The position numbers and the translations under genes were made by a program. A stretch of DNA of 64,000 bases, taken from contig OX638152.1 in assembly GCA_951804945.1 (NCBI GenBank), forward strand, positions 67,394,001-67,458,000, written 5' to 3'. The DNA comes from Podarcis cretensis (lineage: Eukaryota). The notes beneath the pieces are model-generated. The model ran no database searches. It was not told the DNA's origin and saw nothing but the letters and a program-made list of their open reading frames with translations. Shown here one piece after another: positions 26,063 to 39,155 of this stretch (within the stretch, counting starts at the first letter, position 1; the number at the start of each line of letters is the position of its first letter).

Positions 26063-26681
26063 ATGGCTTTTGATCTTCCCGTAATCTTGAGTGTGCATGT
26101 CAAGATTATTTAGAGTGTTACTTAACACCTGTTTTTTCCTTTCATTGAAAAGGATACCGCCAGAAGGCCACCCAAGCTGTGTTTTATTTTAGTGGGTGTT
26201 CTGCAATTGCCTCTCCCAACTCTTACATTCAAGATGAATAGTTAAATGTCTTCTAAAGCTAAACAAAAACAGCTAGAAGTAGATGTAAAACTCAGGATGT
26301 GAAAGAGGGAGCAAAGACTTTGATTTAAAAATGTATTGCCTCCTGTAAGGATTTGTGAACACAAAAAGCAAACAAACTATTGAAGCTCTATCTAACCTTA
26401 CTTTGCAAGCAATAAATATGTCATGGCAGAAATAATTTCCAGGGAACCAGATCTTGCAGAATATTTGACTTTGGAACAGCACCAGCCGATAAAGCAGCCG
26501 TACACAAATTCTTAAATTATTTAAACCACTTGGCTTCATTTCCATATTACCCTAGTCAAGTTTGAAAGGGAGGTTGGGAGCAGCAGTTCATATAACTTAA
26601 AAGTCTATACAGTAGTTGGTTCTGGATGGACAGCTTCCTGAGTGAAAGTGATTATAGCATCAACTGCCTTTGTTAATTCTT

Positions 26682-26768
26682 GGTGAATTTCCTGATGTGT
26701 AAGTGAATAATGCAAAGAATGTTACTGCATCTCTGGGAGGACACCTGACCCTTGCTTCCAAGGACGAC
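26682..26768 (+). pseudogene. Possible highly decayed RBBP7 exon remnant
   Basis: Translates GEFPDV*...LGGHLTLASKDD versus recalled RBBP7 GECNPDL...LSGHLLSASDD, on the expected strand and at the expected syntenic position. Found by eye and may be chance. Confidence 0.2.
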
Positions 26769-28288
26769 CTATTATGAAGATATGAAAAACAATAAAAACA
26801 AGGAGGCAGGCTAAGGTACATTATGCCTCATTATGGTTCAAAGTATGCTTGGAATTTACTATACTTCTCATATATAAGAATTTAATAAGTAAACAGTGCC
26901 TGAGAACAAGAGACATTCCTTCATATTTGCTCCATTCTTCAAATCCCTTTCTGAATGGTCAGTGATATATATTTATGTAAGGCATAAAGCAGTTAATGAG
27001 CCTTGTGGAGCTTGTTTCACAACCTTCATGCTCTGCTCTAACATGGAAAGAGTGTGGATTTATTTTATCATATGTGTAAATCGGGTGGGAAACCTACAGC
27101 CCATGGGCCAATGTTGGCCTACCAGTGGATCCAATGCAGCCAGTGAGGCCATTTCCCCCAAACCTTGTCCATTGGCTGACATCACTGGGCAATTTGGTTG
27201 ATGGGTGGAGTTCAATTCTGTGTTGGCTGCTCCTGCTGGTTCTGCAAAAGGAACTGGCATGTGCAGTCAAAGCAGCAGGATTTAACGCCTACTCACCAGC
27301 TGAAATATAACAACTGAATGCCCTCATATTTGTGCATACTATACCTAAATACTGATCAACATGCAGGCAAAGCAGAAGGAAGAAACTTTGTATATTTAAA
27401 GTTCTTCAGACAGTAATGTAAACCTGATAGCATTCTTCTCGCCTGAGACTTTAATACTGAGGTTTTCTGCCCCTTGAGAACCACTGAATATAAATCCACA
27501 AAAGGAGACTTTTCAAGTAGAGAAGTCATTTTTTAAAACAACCACCCAATTATTAAAAATGTCTCTCTAAAATATAGGTTATTAGTTAACAAATGTAATG
27601 TCTTTTTTAAAACGTGGCAATTTTTTTCTAGTGCTTTCAGTTCTATTAGAATGGCATTTTGAGAAAATAATTGAAGAAACAAAAGATAATGAATTAATCC
27701 AGTACAAAAAGAAACTTGTTTTTGTGCAATAGATTTGTTCATTTTAAAGAACTAGAGGAAACTGATGGATTAACAATAGAGATTAACAAAATTTAGCATT
27801 ATAATCCTGGTTCAAGGGTACTTGAACTGCCCAATTCGTCTTCACTTAGCAAAACACTTATAGCAGAGCTAGGGAAATAGCTGAAATGCCTTCAAGTAAG
27901 AATATTTCGGATTCCAAAGCACCAGCAAGCTACTGAGTTAACTGACTGTTCTCCCATGCTCAACTCCTGTGCCTGGGGAAAAGACATAGGATCAAACCCA
28001 TTTCCCCCTACGTAGCATAATTCTCTGGTCAGCCAGATCATCTATTTCAAGGTGTCAGCTTTGAACTTTGTATGTCAAAGAAAGCTTGGAGTCTAGCAAG
28101 CTAGAAATCCCCAAAGGGGCAACCTTCCCCACATAATCATTGTGGGTAATTTAACCATTTTGTACTAGCAGCATGCTATCATCCCCTTGATCAAAATGCT
28201 CAGGGAGATCTTGAAATGAAGAATGAAATTAAGGAAACACCCAAAAGAGGAGATATTAGAGTAATGGGTGAATTCAACTACCCTACAT

Positions 28289-28510
28289 ATGGCTTTAAGA
28301 GGATTAGACAAATTCATGGAGGTGAGGGCTATTGATGGCTACTCCGCAGTTGGAGGCAGTAATATCAGTTGCTACCACAGGAAGCTGGAGTGCTTTTGTG
28401 CTCAAATTCTGCTTGCAAACTTCCGACAGGCCTCTGGTCGGCCACTGTGAGAACAGGATGCTTGGCTAGATGGGTCATTGTCCTGATCCAGCAGCCTCTT
28501 ATGTTTTTAA
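28289..28510 (+). mobile_element. CR1 LINE 3' end
   Basis: GGCTTTAAGAGGATTAGACAAATTCATGGAGG...CTGATCCAGCAGCCTCTTATGTT. Confidence 0.65.
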
Positions 28511-28814
28511 CTATGAAAACCCAGTGCGTAGACCCCACAAGCCCAGAGAGATTACCTCGCACCTTTCATCATGAAAGGAAAACAGAAGACAACACACTTG
28601 ACACTTTCTGGGTTTTCAATTGACGGAAGACACTATTTGCTAATGTTTCCATAGTCACCTTTGACTGGATTTAACTTTCCAGGGGTCATTTATCTTTACC
28701 TTACCATAGAATTTACCTTTTTTTCCCTTGAACTAGAACAATGTGAAGCAAGGTCATGCTTCTTGTGGAAGAGCTGTCCCTAACTGTCAAGACTTTGTAG
28801 CTCTTTCATGACAC

Positions 28815-29090
28815 AGAATCTTAAGAGTTGTAAGGGACCCAAGGGTCATCTAGTCCAACCCCCAGCACTGCAGGAATCTTAGCTAAAACATCCATGACAG
28901 ATGGCCATCCAACCTCTGCTTCCACTGCTGAACAGCTCTTACGGTCAGGAAGTTTTTTTCGAACATTTAGTCAGAAACTTGAAGCCATTGTTTCGAGTTC
29001 AGCCCTCCAGAGCAGGAGAAAACAAACATGTTCCCTCTTCCATGTGACAGCCCTTGGGATATTTGAAGATGGCTATCATATCTCCTCTCA
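28815..29090 (-). mobile_element. CR1 LINE 3' fragment
   Basis: AGAATC...AAGGGACCCAAGGGTCATCTAGTCCAACCCC is the reverse complement of a CR1 3' end. Confidence 0.65.
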
Positions 29091-29593
29091 GGCATGCCTA
29101 ACAGTAGTGTGATTGGGATGCTTTCTCATAAGGTCACTTAGCAAAACAGGTATTTCCAAACCACCAGCTGCACATTAATGTAGAGAGAGAGAAATATTTT
29201 ATTTTTCGTAATCGTGGAAAAAGCACCTGGCACAACTTGTGGGGGGGGGGGCCTGCAAAAATACACATTAGGCACCTTAATACGAAGACTGTTTGGTTCA
29301 TTAAATCAAATTGCTCCCTGTAAAGGACAGAGGGAAAACTATTGGGCAAAATACTGCTTGTTCACACTGTAGCCAGTGACAGCGAGTGGTAAAACAAAAA
29401 TGAATGTTAGAATGACATCTTGACACTTTCTATCCTTAACTTCTTCCTTTTCGATTTATAAAAAGAGAATTTTGCTTCAATTTATTAGTTGAGATGGAAG
29501 AAATAGTACAGACCACAAGTTTGATAGATAAAGGGATTGTTGTCCTCAGTTTTGTGTAAGACCCATAATAGGTGCTCGTTAAGACTCTGCCTT

Positions 29594-29612
29594 TTGCCAC
29601 TAGATGGTGCTG
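29594..29612 (+). promoter_or_regulatory. Candidate CTCF site
   Basis: TTGCCACTAGATGGTGCTG closely matches the CTCF core consensus CCAC[C/T]AG[A/G][G/T]GGCGC. Confidence 0.5.
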
Positions 29613-32600
29613 GTAAACTCTTTTGATGCACTACTGACGGAAATTGAATGGAGTTTTCCCATCCCATTATTAAAGGAAAGTTTAAGACAGCTATGGTGTT
29701 TTAACATTTAGATACACTAATGGAAGGGCTTTGTTTTCAATTCTGAATCCTTAGGATAGCTATGGAAGTGCAAAACTGCATGTTTACAGTTCACTTAATA
29801 ATACGTACAGTGAACACCACATATCTATGGACAAGACCTACAGCCAGAAAAGTGAAATTTAGTTGAGAACTCTAAAAAAAATAAGACACATAGCCTAGTA
29901 TATTAAGCACACATATTTACTTAATTTATACAGAACTGAGTAGATAAAATTTCAGTTTCACATTAGTGAAAAATCTCTACAAAATGTTCTTGAAAAGCAA
30001 AAACAAGACTGGCTATTTTATTCAGCATTTCTTTTTCATGAAAGCAGGTATGGGTTGTAAAAATAAAGCAGAGTGTTCAGCACAAACTAAATATCTGCAT
30101 CACTTTTCACAGTTATTTCCATCTACAGTCTGAAGAGGTAGATTTTCTGCAACACCTGAGAACTGAACGGTAACATAACCAGGTGTAATAGAGAGAGAAT
30201 GGATTGGAAAGATACAGCCCCCAAGCATGTATGCAAATACACTTAAGAATTACAAATGAAAAAGAGTGTTGGCTTTGAGGGTCCTGTGTGAGAATAGTTG
30301 AAGATTCTAGGGCTTAATCGGCAGATTAACTGTGCATTTGAACCACTGGTTATGCAATAGGAAAAACAGTGCACTCCCCCCCCACACACTGTACGCATCA
30401 TTGCAAAAGGTATAAAGAGATGGACGGTACAAGCAACAGCCTTAAATTTAGCACATGATTACTGGAATTTGCACATTAAAGCAGCTGCCAGTGGTAAGCA
30501 TGGGTTGTACAGGGGGAAGTACACTGGAAAAAAGCTGGAGAACAGCAGTGCAATTCCAGATCAGACAAGGACTGGGCTTATCCCATGCTGGCCCTCTCAC
30601 TGGTTAATGTATGGAATGTCATAAGATTTCAGGAAGCAAAATTTAGTTCTACACTTAGAAAAGACAGGAACCAGAAAGAATACTCAATGCAATTCAATAA
30701 CTTTTAAGTATTAGTGGCCACAATCCTTAGGGTGTTTTTAGCTATAACGTGGAAGCAATTTTTAATGCACCGGGACCCAAAGTCTACTCTTCTCTAAAGA
30801 GAGCAAATGTTACACCAATCCTGGCTACAGGCAAGGCAACCACATACATTGGGTTGGTGGGGTGGGATGGTTCAGATACACTGCAGTTCGGTCCTTCAAA
30901 ATTGCATTCAGTTTCAAATTACTTACTATGACATCTTTGCTTACACATATATGCTTTAAAGTATTGGACAAGGTTTTCTGTTTTGTTTTTTAAAGGAAAC
31001 ATCAGAAAATTTCTCTCCAGAATCAATTACAATCAAATGGTTATGACGGACAAAGCTCATTCTACCCTTCCTCACTATAAAACCTCCCACCAGCTTTGCT
31101 TTCTTTTACTGTACTTGAAATGCATACCAAAAAAGAAAAGAAAAAACTGCAAATGCACCTTATAAGGAATATTAACTGGCCAGTTTCCAAATTTGGTCAC
31201 TGCAGATTTGATTTTGCTCAATGGTATTAGGTAACATTCAGTAGGTGTGATCCAACCTTTATTTCCTTTCAAGACATCTATCTCCATTCTGTACATTTCA
31301 TCAGGAAAAGGGTAGTACATAGCAACATAGCCTGAACATTCAAGTAATCTGCAACTCAGAGAGAATGGGTAGGCAAGGAGAGAACCTGCCAACAATTATG
31401 TGCTTGAGTCAGAAATCCCTTAAAAATGAAAACCAAATTAAATACCAGAAATAGGAGTATTTGTATTTTTCAAAACAACCAGCAACTAGAAAGCTACTAA
31501 CTGCAAGGCAGAGTTCAACAGCATCTTCTGACCTAGTAGCACTCTGCCTAACATTAACAAAGAAAACACTATTGGTCCCTGTCTTTTAAATAAATAAAAG
31601 AAACACAAGTCCAAATTATGGGGGTATCTGGGCTTTTCCAGATCAATCTACATTCACAACACTAACCACAAACGCAACAGAAATAAAGTGGAGCCTCGCT
31701 TGCTGTATATTAGTTAACTGATGTGCCAAATCTACCAGGTAACCTATAGATACCAGAAGGCACTTTTGCTTACAGGTGTGTTTTAATCTAGTCATACATT
31801 TTTATTTTACAAAAAGCAATAGTTGAGAAAACAGATCAGAGTATTCCCCCCTCCATCCCTAGACGACAAACTGTATTATCTATACTCTGACCTATCCTTG
31901 TTAAATAGGCAAGTAAGTTTTCATGGGAACATGTTTCCAGTCAAATATGTGCATTATGGTCTGCTGTACTGTCTATTAAAGGGACCAACAGATGGAGTGT
32001 TATTGGTCATTACACCCATTTTCAGTGATGAACACCTTTGTAGCTGTTCATTATTTCATGCTAATTAGGCACCAAACCTAGTGAAGAAATAATGGCAGAA
32101 AAAAGTACTTTTGCCTAGCACCCACAAACCAAAAACCCATTGCATTTTGTTTTATCAGACAAGCCACAACTACACACATGCATTTGTAGGCAGTAGGTTT
32201 TAACTATTAAGGTTTTATCTCCAGGATGACGCAAAAGTGTGCTCAAAATGCATCTGAGTTTTGGTCAGTGGTTAATTGGACAAACTTTTGAGCGGCTGTT
32301 TTCTTCCCTTGTTTCTTCACTTTTAACAGGTCAGGCAACAGTCACTCCGTCTATGAATTGACTGTGCAGGACAATCCTGAGAAATATATGAGTTGTACAC
32401 CCTGTTTTCCAGTTGCAAAATTATATAGATTTCAAAGCTGTAGGCAAGACTGCAGCTACACTAAACCCTGTAAGAGTTTTTAGTTTTGTTCATATATGAA
32501 TCCAGTAATGAGCTTCCACTGGCCATCACATCTCCAATTATAGTTCACTGTAGTATTTGGTCATTACAATTCAATACTAAGCCTTAATTCACTTAATAGA

Positions 32601-32978
32601 AGCAACGATTCCCTCCCCCTCCCCCAAACCCGAGTCTGTGACACTCTGGCCACAGTTGTTCCCCTGACATGATGTTAAATCTGTACACGAGTCTTAGATG
32701 ACATGGTGATGTGTGCTATGGGGTCAGAAGGAAGGAATCTGCATGCATCCTTTATGAGTTCTGTTTTAAAAAACGAGGCAGATGTGCAACAGTTGTGGAA
32801 AATTTATAGATAAGCTATTCAATAGCCGCTACGCAGCTTCCTGTACCAGGCAAGTTCTGTTCTAAGAAAATACAGATATGGTAGAAAAAGTAAGAAAATT
32901 TTCACCACAAAACTAATAGTTACCACCACCAGTTAAAGTTATACACAAAATATATCTCTCAATACAGTGTTTACACTT

Positions 32979-33305
32979 TTAGTCAACAAAATCTGCAGTA
33001 GGAATGGAAGCCAGGCAAACAGTTTTTTCAGAGCCTTCATTTGCCACTGATGATTCAGGATCTGGCTGAATTCCTTCTTGCGCTCCATTGGCAGAACTCC
33101 CCAGTTCCTCATGCGAATTGAGTGTGCATGACTGCAACACATGCACAGCTAGATCAACATCTGTTTCTCTTAAAGAAACCTGTTCCTTAAGAACTTCCAC
33201 CTTCTCATTCAGCTCATTCCTTTCTGTTTGAAGAGCCCTGCACAGCTTTTCCAAACGCTCCAGTTTTATTTGGAAGCCTTTGTATTCTTTGTCCTTCACT
33301 GTTTT
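32979..33305 (-). CDS. TXLNG: TXLNG exon 10 (last coding exon)
   Basis: ctgcag|KTVKDKEYKGFQIKLERLEKLCRALQTERNELNEKVEVLKEQ...TADFVD*. Confidence 0.95.
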   Translation of the reverse strand, partial: KTVKDKEYKGFQIKLERLEKLCRALQTERNELNEKVEVLKEQVSLRETDVDLAVHVLQSCTLNSHEELGSSANGAQEGIQPDPESSVANEGSEKTVCLASIPTADFVD

Positions 33306-34112
33306 CTGCAGAAAACAAGCAAGAGATTGCACATGATGACATTTGTGTGACCCGTATCTGATGATTCCTCTTGTTGCTGTGAATGCTGTAATATTATCTG
33401 CTCTTTTTATTTTAGAATTGCATGCTTGATTGGTTTTCATTTATATATTGTTGTACCCTGCATTACAATGAAGAACATGCTAGAAATACTTGAAATGTTC
33501 AGAAACAAGATAATAAATTATATGTTTAGAAACATTAAGCAGGGCCCTCCCTTGTTTACCCAGAAGATACTAATAAAAGTGATTTGTATAAAAATAACTG
33601 GTAACTATTTCACAAGAGAAAAAGAAAGACAACAGGCAGTACAGAACAAAGAGCTTCTGCTAGTGCAAGGACTTTTGGCTGTGAATCAGAACTTCGCCTT
33701 CCGCTGTGCACCCCCTAAATCTGTTCTGGGGTCCCACCAACCCTTTGGAGCAGATTTGGGAAGGGTGCAGGGGTTACATAAGGAAGGCAAGTTAAACTGC
33801 ACTAGTGAAATCACTTAGCAGCATACACTGCCCAATGTATTTAGAATATGATTGAAGACATCTATTCAAAATAAATTTGTTCACTAAGACAGCTAAGTTA
33901 TTTGTATGGATCATGACATCAACAAGCTAATCCACAGACATAAAAAAATCTAAAGTCTTTCTCAGCCGCTTTTGTATAGTCTGCTTTCCAATGACGGGTT
34001 GGAGACCTGGTGGTTTTGATTCAACTTCACATTCTACAAAGCTATACAAAACAGGCTACCTGCATAATATATAAGGCACATTGGATTTTTAATCATGAAA
34101 CTTAATACTCAC

Positions 34113-34208
34113 TTCTTCAGCCATTTGCAAGAGAGCTTTGTTGTTGTTTTCCCATTTTGTGCGCCAAACTATTATTTCTTTTTCCAGTTTTTTTATCTTC
34201 TTGGTCAT
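34113..34208 (-). CDS. TXLNG: TXLNG exon 9
   Basis: MTKKIKKLEKEIIVWRTKWENNNKALLQMAEE|gtgag. Confidence 0.96.
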
Positions 34209-35013
34209 CTGAAACGTTAAAGTTATTGATTTCTTTTAAGCAAAAACATTTCACTACTTAAAACCAGGATGACTAGTCTTTTGGTGATCACTAACTCCCA
34301 ATGAGCCTCAGCCAGCTGGTGCCTGCGGCCTAAGATTGGCCAATCCTACCTTTTAATTCTCAGTGCCTCTTTATTCTCAAGTCACTCAAGCTCACTGTTT
34401 AAAATGAGATGTTAAATTGAAAAAAGACATTACAGGAGGAATTCAACACAGTGCTAAGGTGAATGTTCCATCAGTAGGAGGATTTTCCCTTGTGCAATGG
34501 AACTTTCTCCCCTCTCCTCCCCCAGTGCTCCCTAAATGTTTCATTTAAAGGTTTTTGTTTTTGTTTTAAGTGCACTATACTATCTCCCACAAGAAAAGCA
34601 AACCAAGATCACTCAGTTATTGGCATTTTAGTAATTAAAATAATTAATAACTTTTAACGGTGATGATTTCAATAATTAAGATGCGCACAGGCTAGCTAGG
34701 TCTCTTTCACAGTGCAATTCTCTATCTCTTTTATCAGAAGTTAAGTTTCACTGAGTTCAATGGGACTTACTCCTGGGTGAATGTATATAGGATTCAGCGA
34801 CTGGGAGGGTGGACCGTAGCAAGAGTCTATGGCAGGTGGAACCAACTCATTCTAGTTTTGTGTCTATCCGCCTCCCTGCTGCACTCCACGAGGGCAAAAC
34901 TGAGGCTAAGGTGGAGGATTCTGACAGGAAATGCCAACCCTGGAGGCAGGCAGGTAGCTGGGAGCTGGATAAGGGGAGAGTAAGGTTGGTGGGACACTGT
35001 CCCATTCACCCTA

Positions 35014-35250
<237 letters not shown>

Positions 35251-36943
35251 TTAGAGTTACACAAAAAATGCAGTAGCCACACACTGGAAATTCCACTATT
35301 TGGTAAACAGTGAAATATGTGATTTCAAAAGACTGAACTTCACTTATGTGACATCTAAGTATGAGGTGGCTTTCAAAGCAGAACAGCATGCTAAAGGAGT
35401 TAAAAATAATGAGAATAAAGGATTCTTTGTTTTGCTGGGTTGTAGTCAACTAGGTCCTACTCATGAGTAGTCCCACTGAAGTGAACTGCTTTGAGCCCAT
35501 TTCCCCCTCTGAAGAACTTTTATCTAAGCTTTATTCACTCAAGTTTTAAACTCAACCACCACCTATGCACATGCCCTAGGAAAAATCTTGCAAACTAGCC
35601 ATTCGTTCTCCCACTCCTCTCTTAGAACCAACAGATTAAAGATGCAATGTTGCACACAGGTACCTGGGAGAAAGTTGCACTGAACTTAATGGTGCTTTCT
35701 CCTGAGTAGACGTGTGTAGGATTGCACTGCAGGATACCTAACCCATATTAAAGTAATACAAATTCTTTTATTTGCAAAGTATGCAACAATGACGCAAAAC
35801 CTGAGGTGAAAGGGAAAGTACTACAGGAATAACAAGTTCGTGAGTGGTTGGGCTGTCAAGGGTGAACATATCTCATCAGACCTCCACAAAACGTGAACTG
35901 TAAATCCATTACAAACCTTTCAGGACACCACACAAGACATGTTTTTGCCAAAATCATTCTAGAAACTAAATTCCCAATTGAACTGCTTATTTGTGCCGCT
36001 ATTGACCAAGATCTATTTTACTTTAAGCTGCAGAATAAGGCATAGAAGAAAAAAGCCAAGCCACTGGGTGCACAAAAATGGTTTTAATATGGTTAAGTCA
36101 TTGCCAATATTATAGGTTAGTATGCAATTTGTTTCAGCACTGAGTTTCTCAGGGGTACTTTCCCATGCACTATTAGTAAGCATTGGAAAAATGAAGTAAA
36201 TCCAGAGCATTTAGATTTAGGCAGGGCACTACCAAACCAAGAACCAAGGCATTAGAACTTTTTGCCACAAGGTAGAACTTTTCCACGTGGAATCATGCAG
36301 TGGAGGTTCATATTAAAATATATTCTTGTTAGTGGGATCATCATACACTAGGAAAGTCTGATTTTTGAGACTTACCTAGCATGACATAAGAGCAGCCACT
36401 TAAAGTGATAAACCCACTCACAAGAATGGTTTCACAAGTACCTGCATTATGGCCCAAAAACAGCCACCTTGGGGAAAAATAATAGTCCTGTGAATTTGCC
36501 AGAGACCAGCCAAAACGTACCCAGCACCATCAGAACATAAAATGACCTAATATACTGTTTTATATCAATAACAATAATAATGGGCTCAAGCTAGTGCAAG
36601 GATTTCCCCTTGTGCAACAGAACTACTCTGGCTCATCTCATGTGCCCCTCCCCAAATCTAGCCGGAAAAGCTGAGGGGGGAACCAGAACAGATTTAGGGG
36701 GCTAAGTGAGCAGGAAGCTACTCATTATCTCAAGAGTTCACCAATCTTCCAAGGGGGGTGGAATTTCCCAACTGTTTTATCTTCCCTTTCCCAGGGGCTT
36801 CTTGTGGGTTTCCAACTTGTTTCACTGATTTGCTAGTTTCTGAAAATGTTTTAGAAATTCTAAGAGAACAAATAATTTTCTCAATTAAGTTTGTAACTAA
36901 GTGATTAACAGCCTTAATGCAGCAAATGTTTAAATTAGTTTAC

Positions 36944-37018
36944 CTGCTGTTTTAATTGAGCTTCTTGCTGTTTCATCTGTTCACACTTGTGTCTAGACTC
37001 AGTAGCCTCTTTTAGCAG
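36944..37018 (-). CDS. TXLNG: TXLNG exon 7
   Basis: LLKEATESRHKCEQMKQQEAQLKQQ|gtaaa. Confidence 0.95.
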
Positions 37019-37789
37019 CTGAAGAGGAAGAAAAATTGTATTGTCTCTACATTACCTTTATACCAAAGAAAGCACATCATCTACATTTTGCTAAGCCTTT
37101 ATTCTTCCTATTTTATGTAAGAGATTTTAAACAAAGTTATTTATTGGAAGAAGATGAAGAAACTTACCAGCCGGCATTCAAATTTAGTCATTTTTTCAAA
37201 GTGACTTAGAACAAATGTATTTGTTTTCTTAAGGTCAATTATAGTGGTGATACATGAGAGAGACCAATTTACAAATAAATTCAAAAATGTGAACATATTT
37301 AGCCAGTCTTACTGTATTTGGTTTTGTTTAGCAGTTCCTATTAACACTACTGCAGATTTCCACTCCTATGTAGGATATAGTATCACTGGTTACTATATCC
37401 TAACTACTGGAGATTCTACAACACTACTGCAAATTCTTCTCTGCAAAGGCAAAGGTTTGGTTTTGAATGAACATCACTGGAAAGATGTTCTGAGTTTAAG
37501 TGCACTGAAGAATTTAATGCACCATGGATCACACAATGTAATGATCTGGTGTTCGGCAACATACTTTAATTGTTCACTAAAAATACACAGCTTTTGTTGA
37601 GTAACTGCAGAATATCTGTTCAAAATATTTTGAATGTATGGAATTATAAATATGTTAATCTAAATATTTTCTTGTAGCAGTTTTTTTTAATGCTCTCATA
37701 AAACTGCTAGGCATCCCAGCCATCAAGAGTTAACACATCTGTATTTCTTCCGAGCAGAAGAAAAAATAATGGCATGTAGAAATGCATTA

Positions 37790-38030
37790 CAGTGGTACCT
37801 TGGGTTACATATGCTTCAGGTTACATACACTTCAGGTTACAGACTCTGCTAACCCAGAAATAGTACCTCGGGTTAGGAACTTTGCTTCAGGATGAGAACA
37901 AAAAATGTGCTCTGGCGGCATGGTGGCAGCGGGAGGCCCCATTAGCTAAAGTGGTCTTCAGGTTAAGAACAGTTTCAGGTTAAGAACGGACCTCCGGAAC
38001 AAATTAAGTAGTTAACCCGAGGTACCACTG
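37790..38030. mobile_element. CAGTGGTACC-family Tc1/mariner MITE
   Basis: TA-flanked; TIRs CAGTGGTACCTTGGGTTA / TAACCCGAGGTACCACTG. Confidence 0.85.
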
Positions 38031-38084
38031 TACTAAGCTGCTAAGAGGTAATGAGACCAGCAAGAAACCTGAAAGAGCATTTCC

Positions 38085-38410
38085 ACCCTCATCATTCAGC
38101 CCGGAAAGATCCAGCACTGAGGGCCTTCTGGCAGTTCCCCCACTGCAAGAAGTGAAGCTACAGGGAACTAGGCAGAGGGCCTTCTCGGTAGTGGTGCCCA
38201 CCCTGTGGAATGCCCTCCCATCAGATGTTAAGGAGATGAGTAATTATATAACATTTAGGAAACATCTGAAGGCAGCCCTGCACAGGGAAGCTTTTTAAGG
38301 TTTAAGGTCTTACTGTGTTTTTATATGTGCTGGAGGCTGCCCAGAGTGGCTGGGGCAACCCAGTCAGATGGGTGGGGTACAAATACATGCATACATAATT
38401 TTTATTATTT
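38085..38410 (+). mobile_element. L2 LINE 3' end
   Basis: AGGGCCTTCTCGGTAGTGGTGCCCACCCTGTGGAATGCCCTCCC (RAFSVVVPTLWNALP) plus 3'UTR GCCCAGAGTGGCTGGGGCAACCCAGTCAGATGGG. Confidence 0.75.
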
Positions 38411-38627
38411 ATATATTATACATTTTAGTGCTACAAATTTACTCCATGCCAGTGAACTGTGTAGAAGTTGCCAAACTGCCCATTCTAGAGGACTTATGAC
38501 CTATACAGATTACTGATAAGTTTGCTAACATACAGTAAGCACGAGACAGAACATTCAAATGGAGCAGTTTACCATTTGTTCTAGTTATAGTTTCAGACCT
38601 AAAACACACTACTGTACCAAGTTACTA

Positions 38628-38804
<177 letters not shown>

Positions 38805-39076
38805 CTAGAAGAAAGATTGAATGTTGGTACCATCAACACCTAGTATACCTTTTCAAAAGATTCAAAACTGAATTTGCATTTCAGACCTTTTTTAAAAAAA
38901 AACTTTAAAGTTACTCTCATGTTCATCATGGCTCTTACCTGGTTTAACTAACTGGCCACCACCACATATGGAAAGCCATGCTTAACCTGGAAATACGTGC
39001 TAGCAGTTTCGACACCATCAAGAAACCCTTGAAATGGAGTGACCACCACCAACATATGACTGACGAAACACATGCA

Positions 39077-39155
39077 GGCTGCAATCCTATGCACACTTAG
39101 TAACCCCGCTTAACAGAGTAGGCTTACTTCTGAGTAAACATGCACAGGATTACAC
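39077..39155. repeat. ~80-90 bp palindromic dispersed repeat (MITE-like)
   Basis: GCTGCAATCCTATGCA...TGCACAGGATTACACC; diverged relatives at ~34711-34798, 35641-35730, 50030-50092 and 58450-58530. Confidence 0.5.

Noticed and set aside
35472-35500. TEVNC resembling RBBP7 AEVNCL
   Set aside because: Inside a TXLNG intron at the wrong position; CCCACTGAAGTGAA resembles the common palindromic repeat core.
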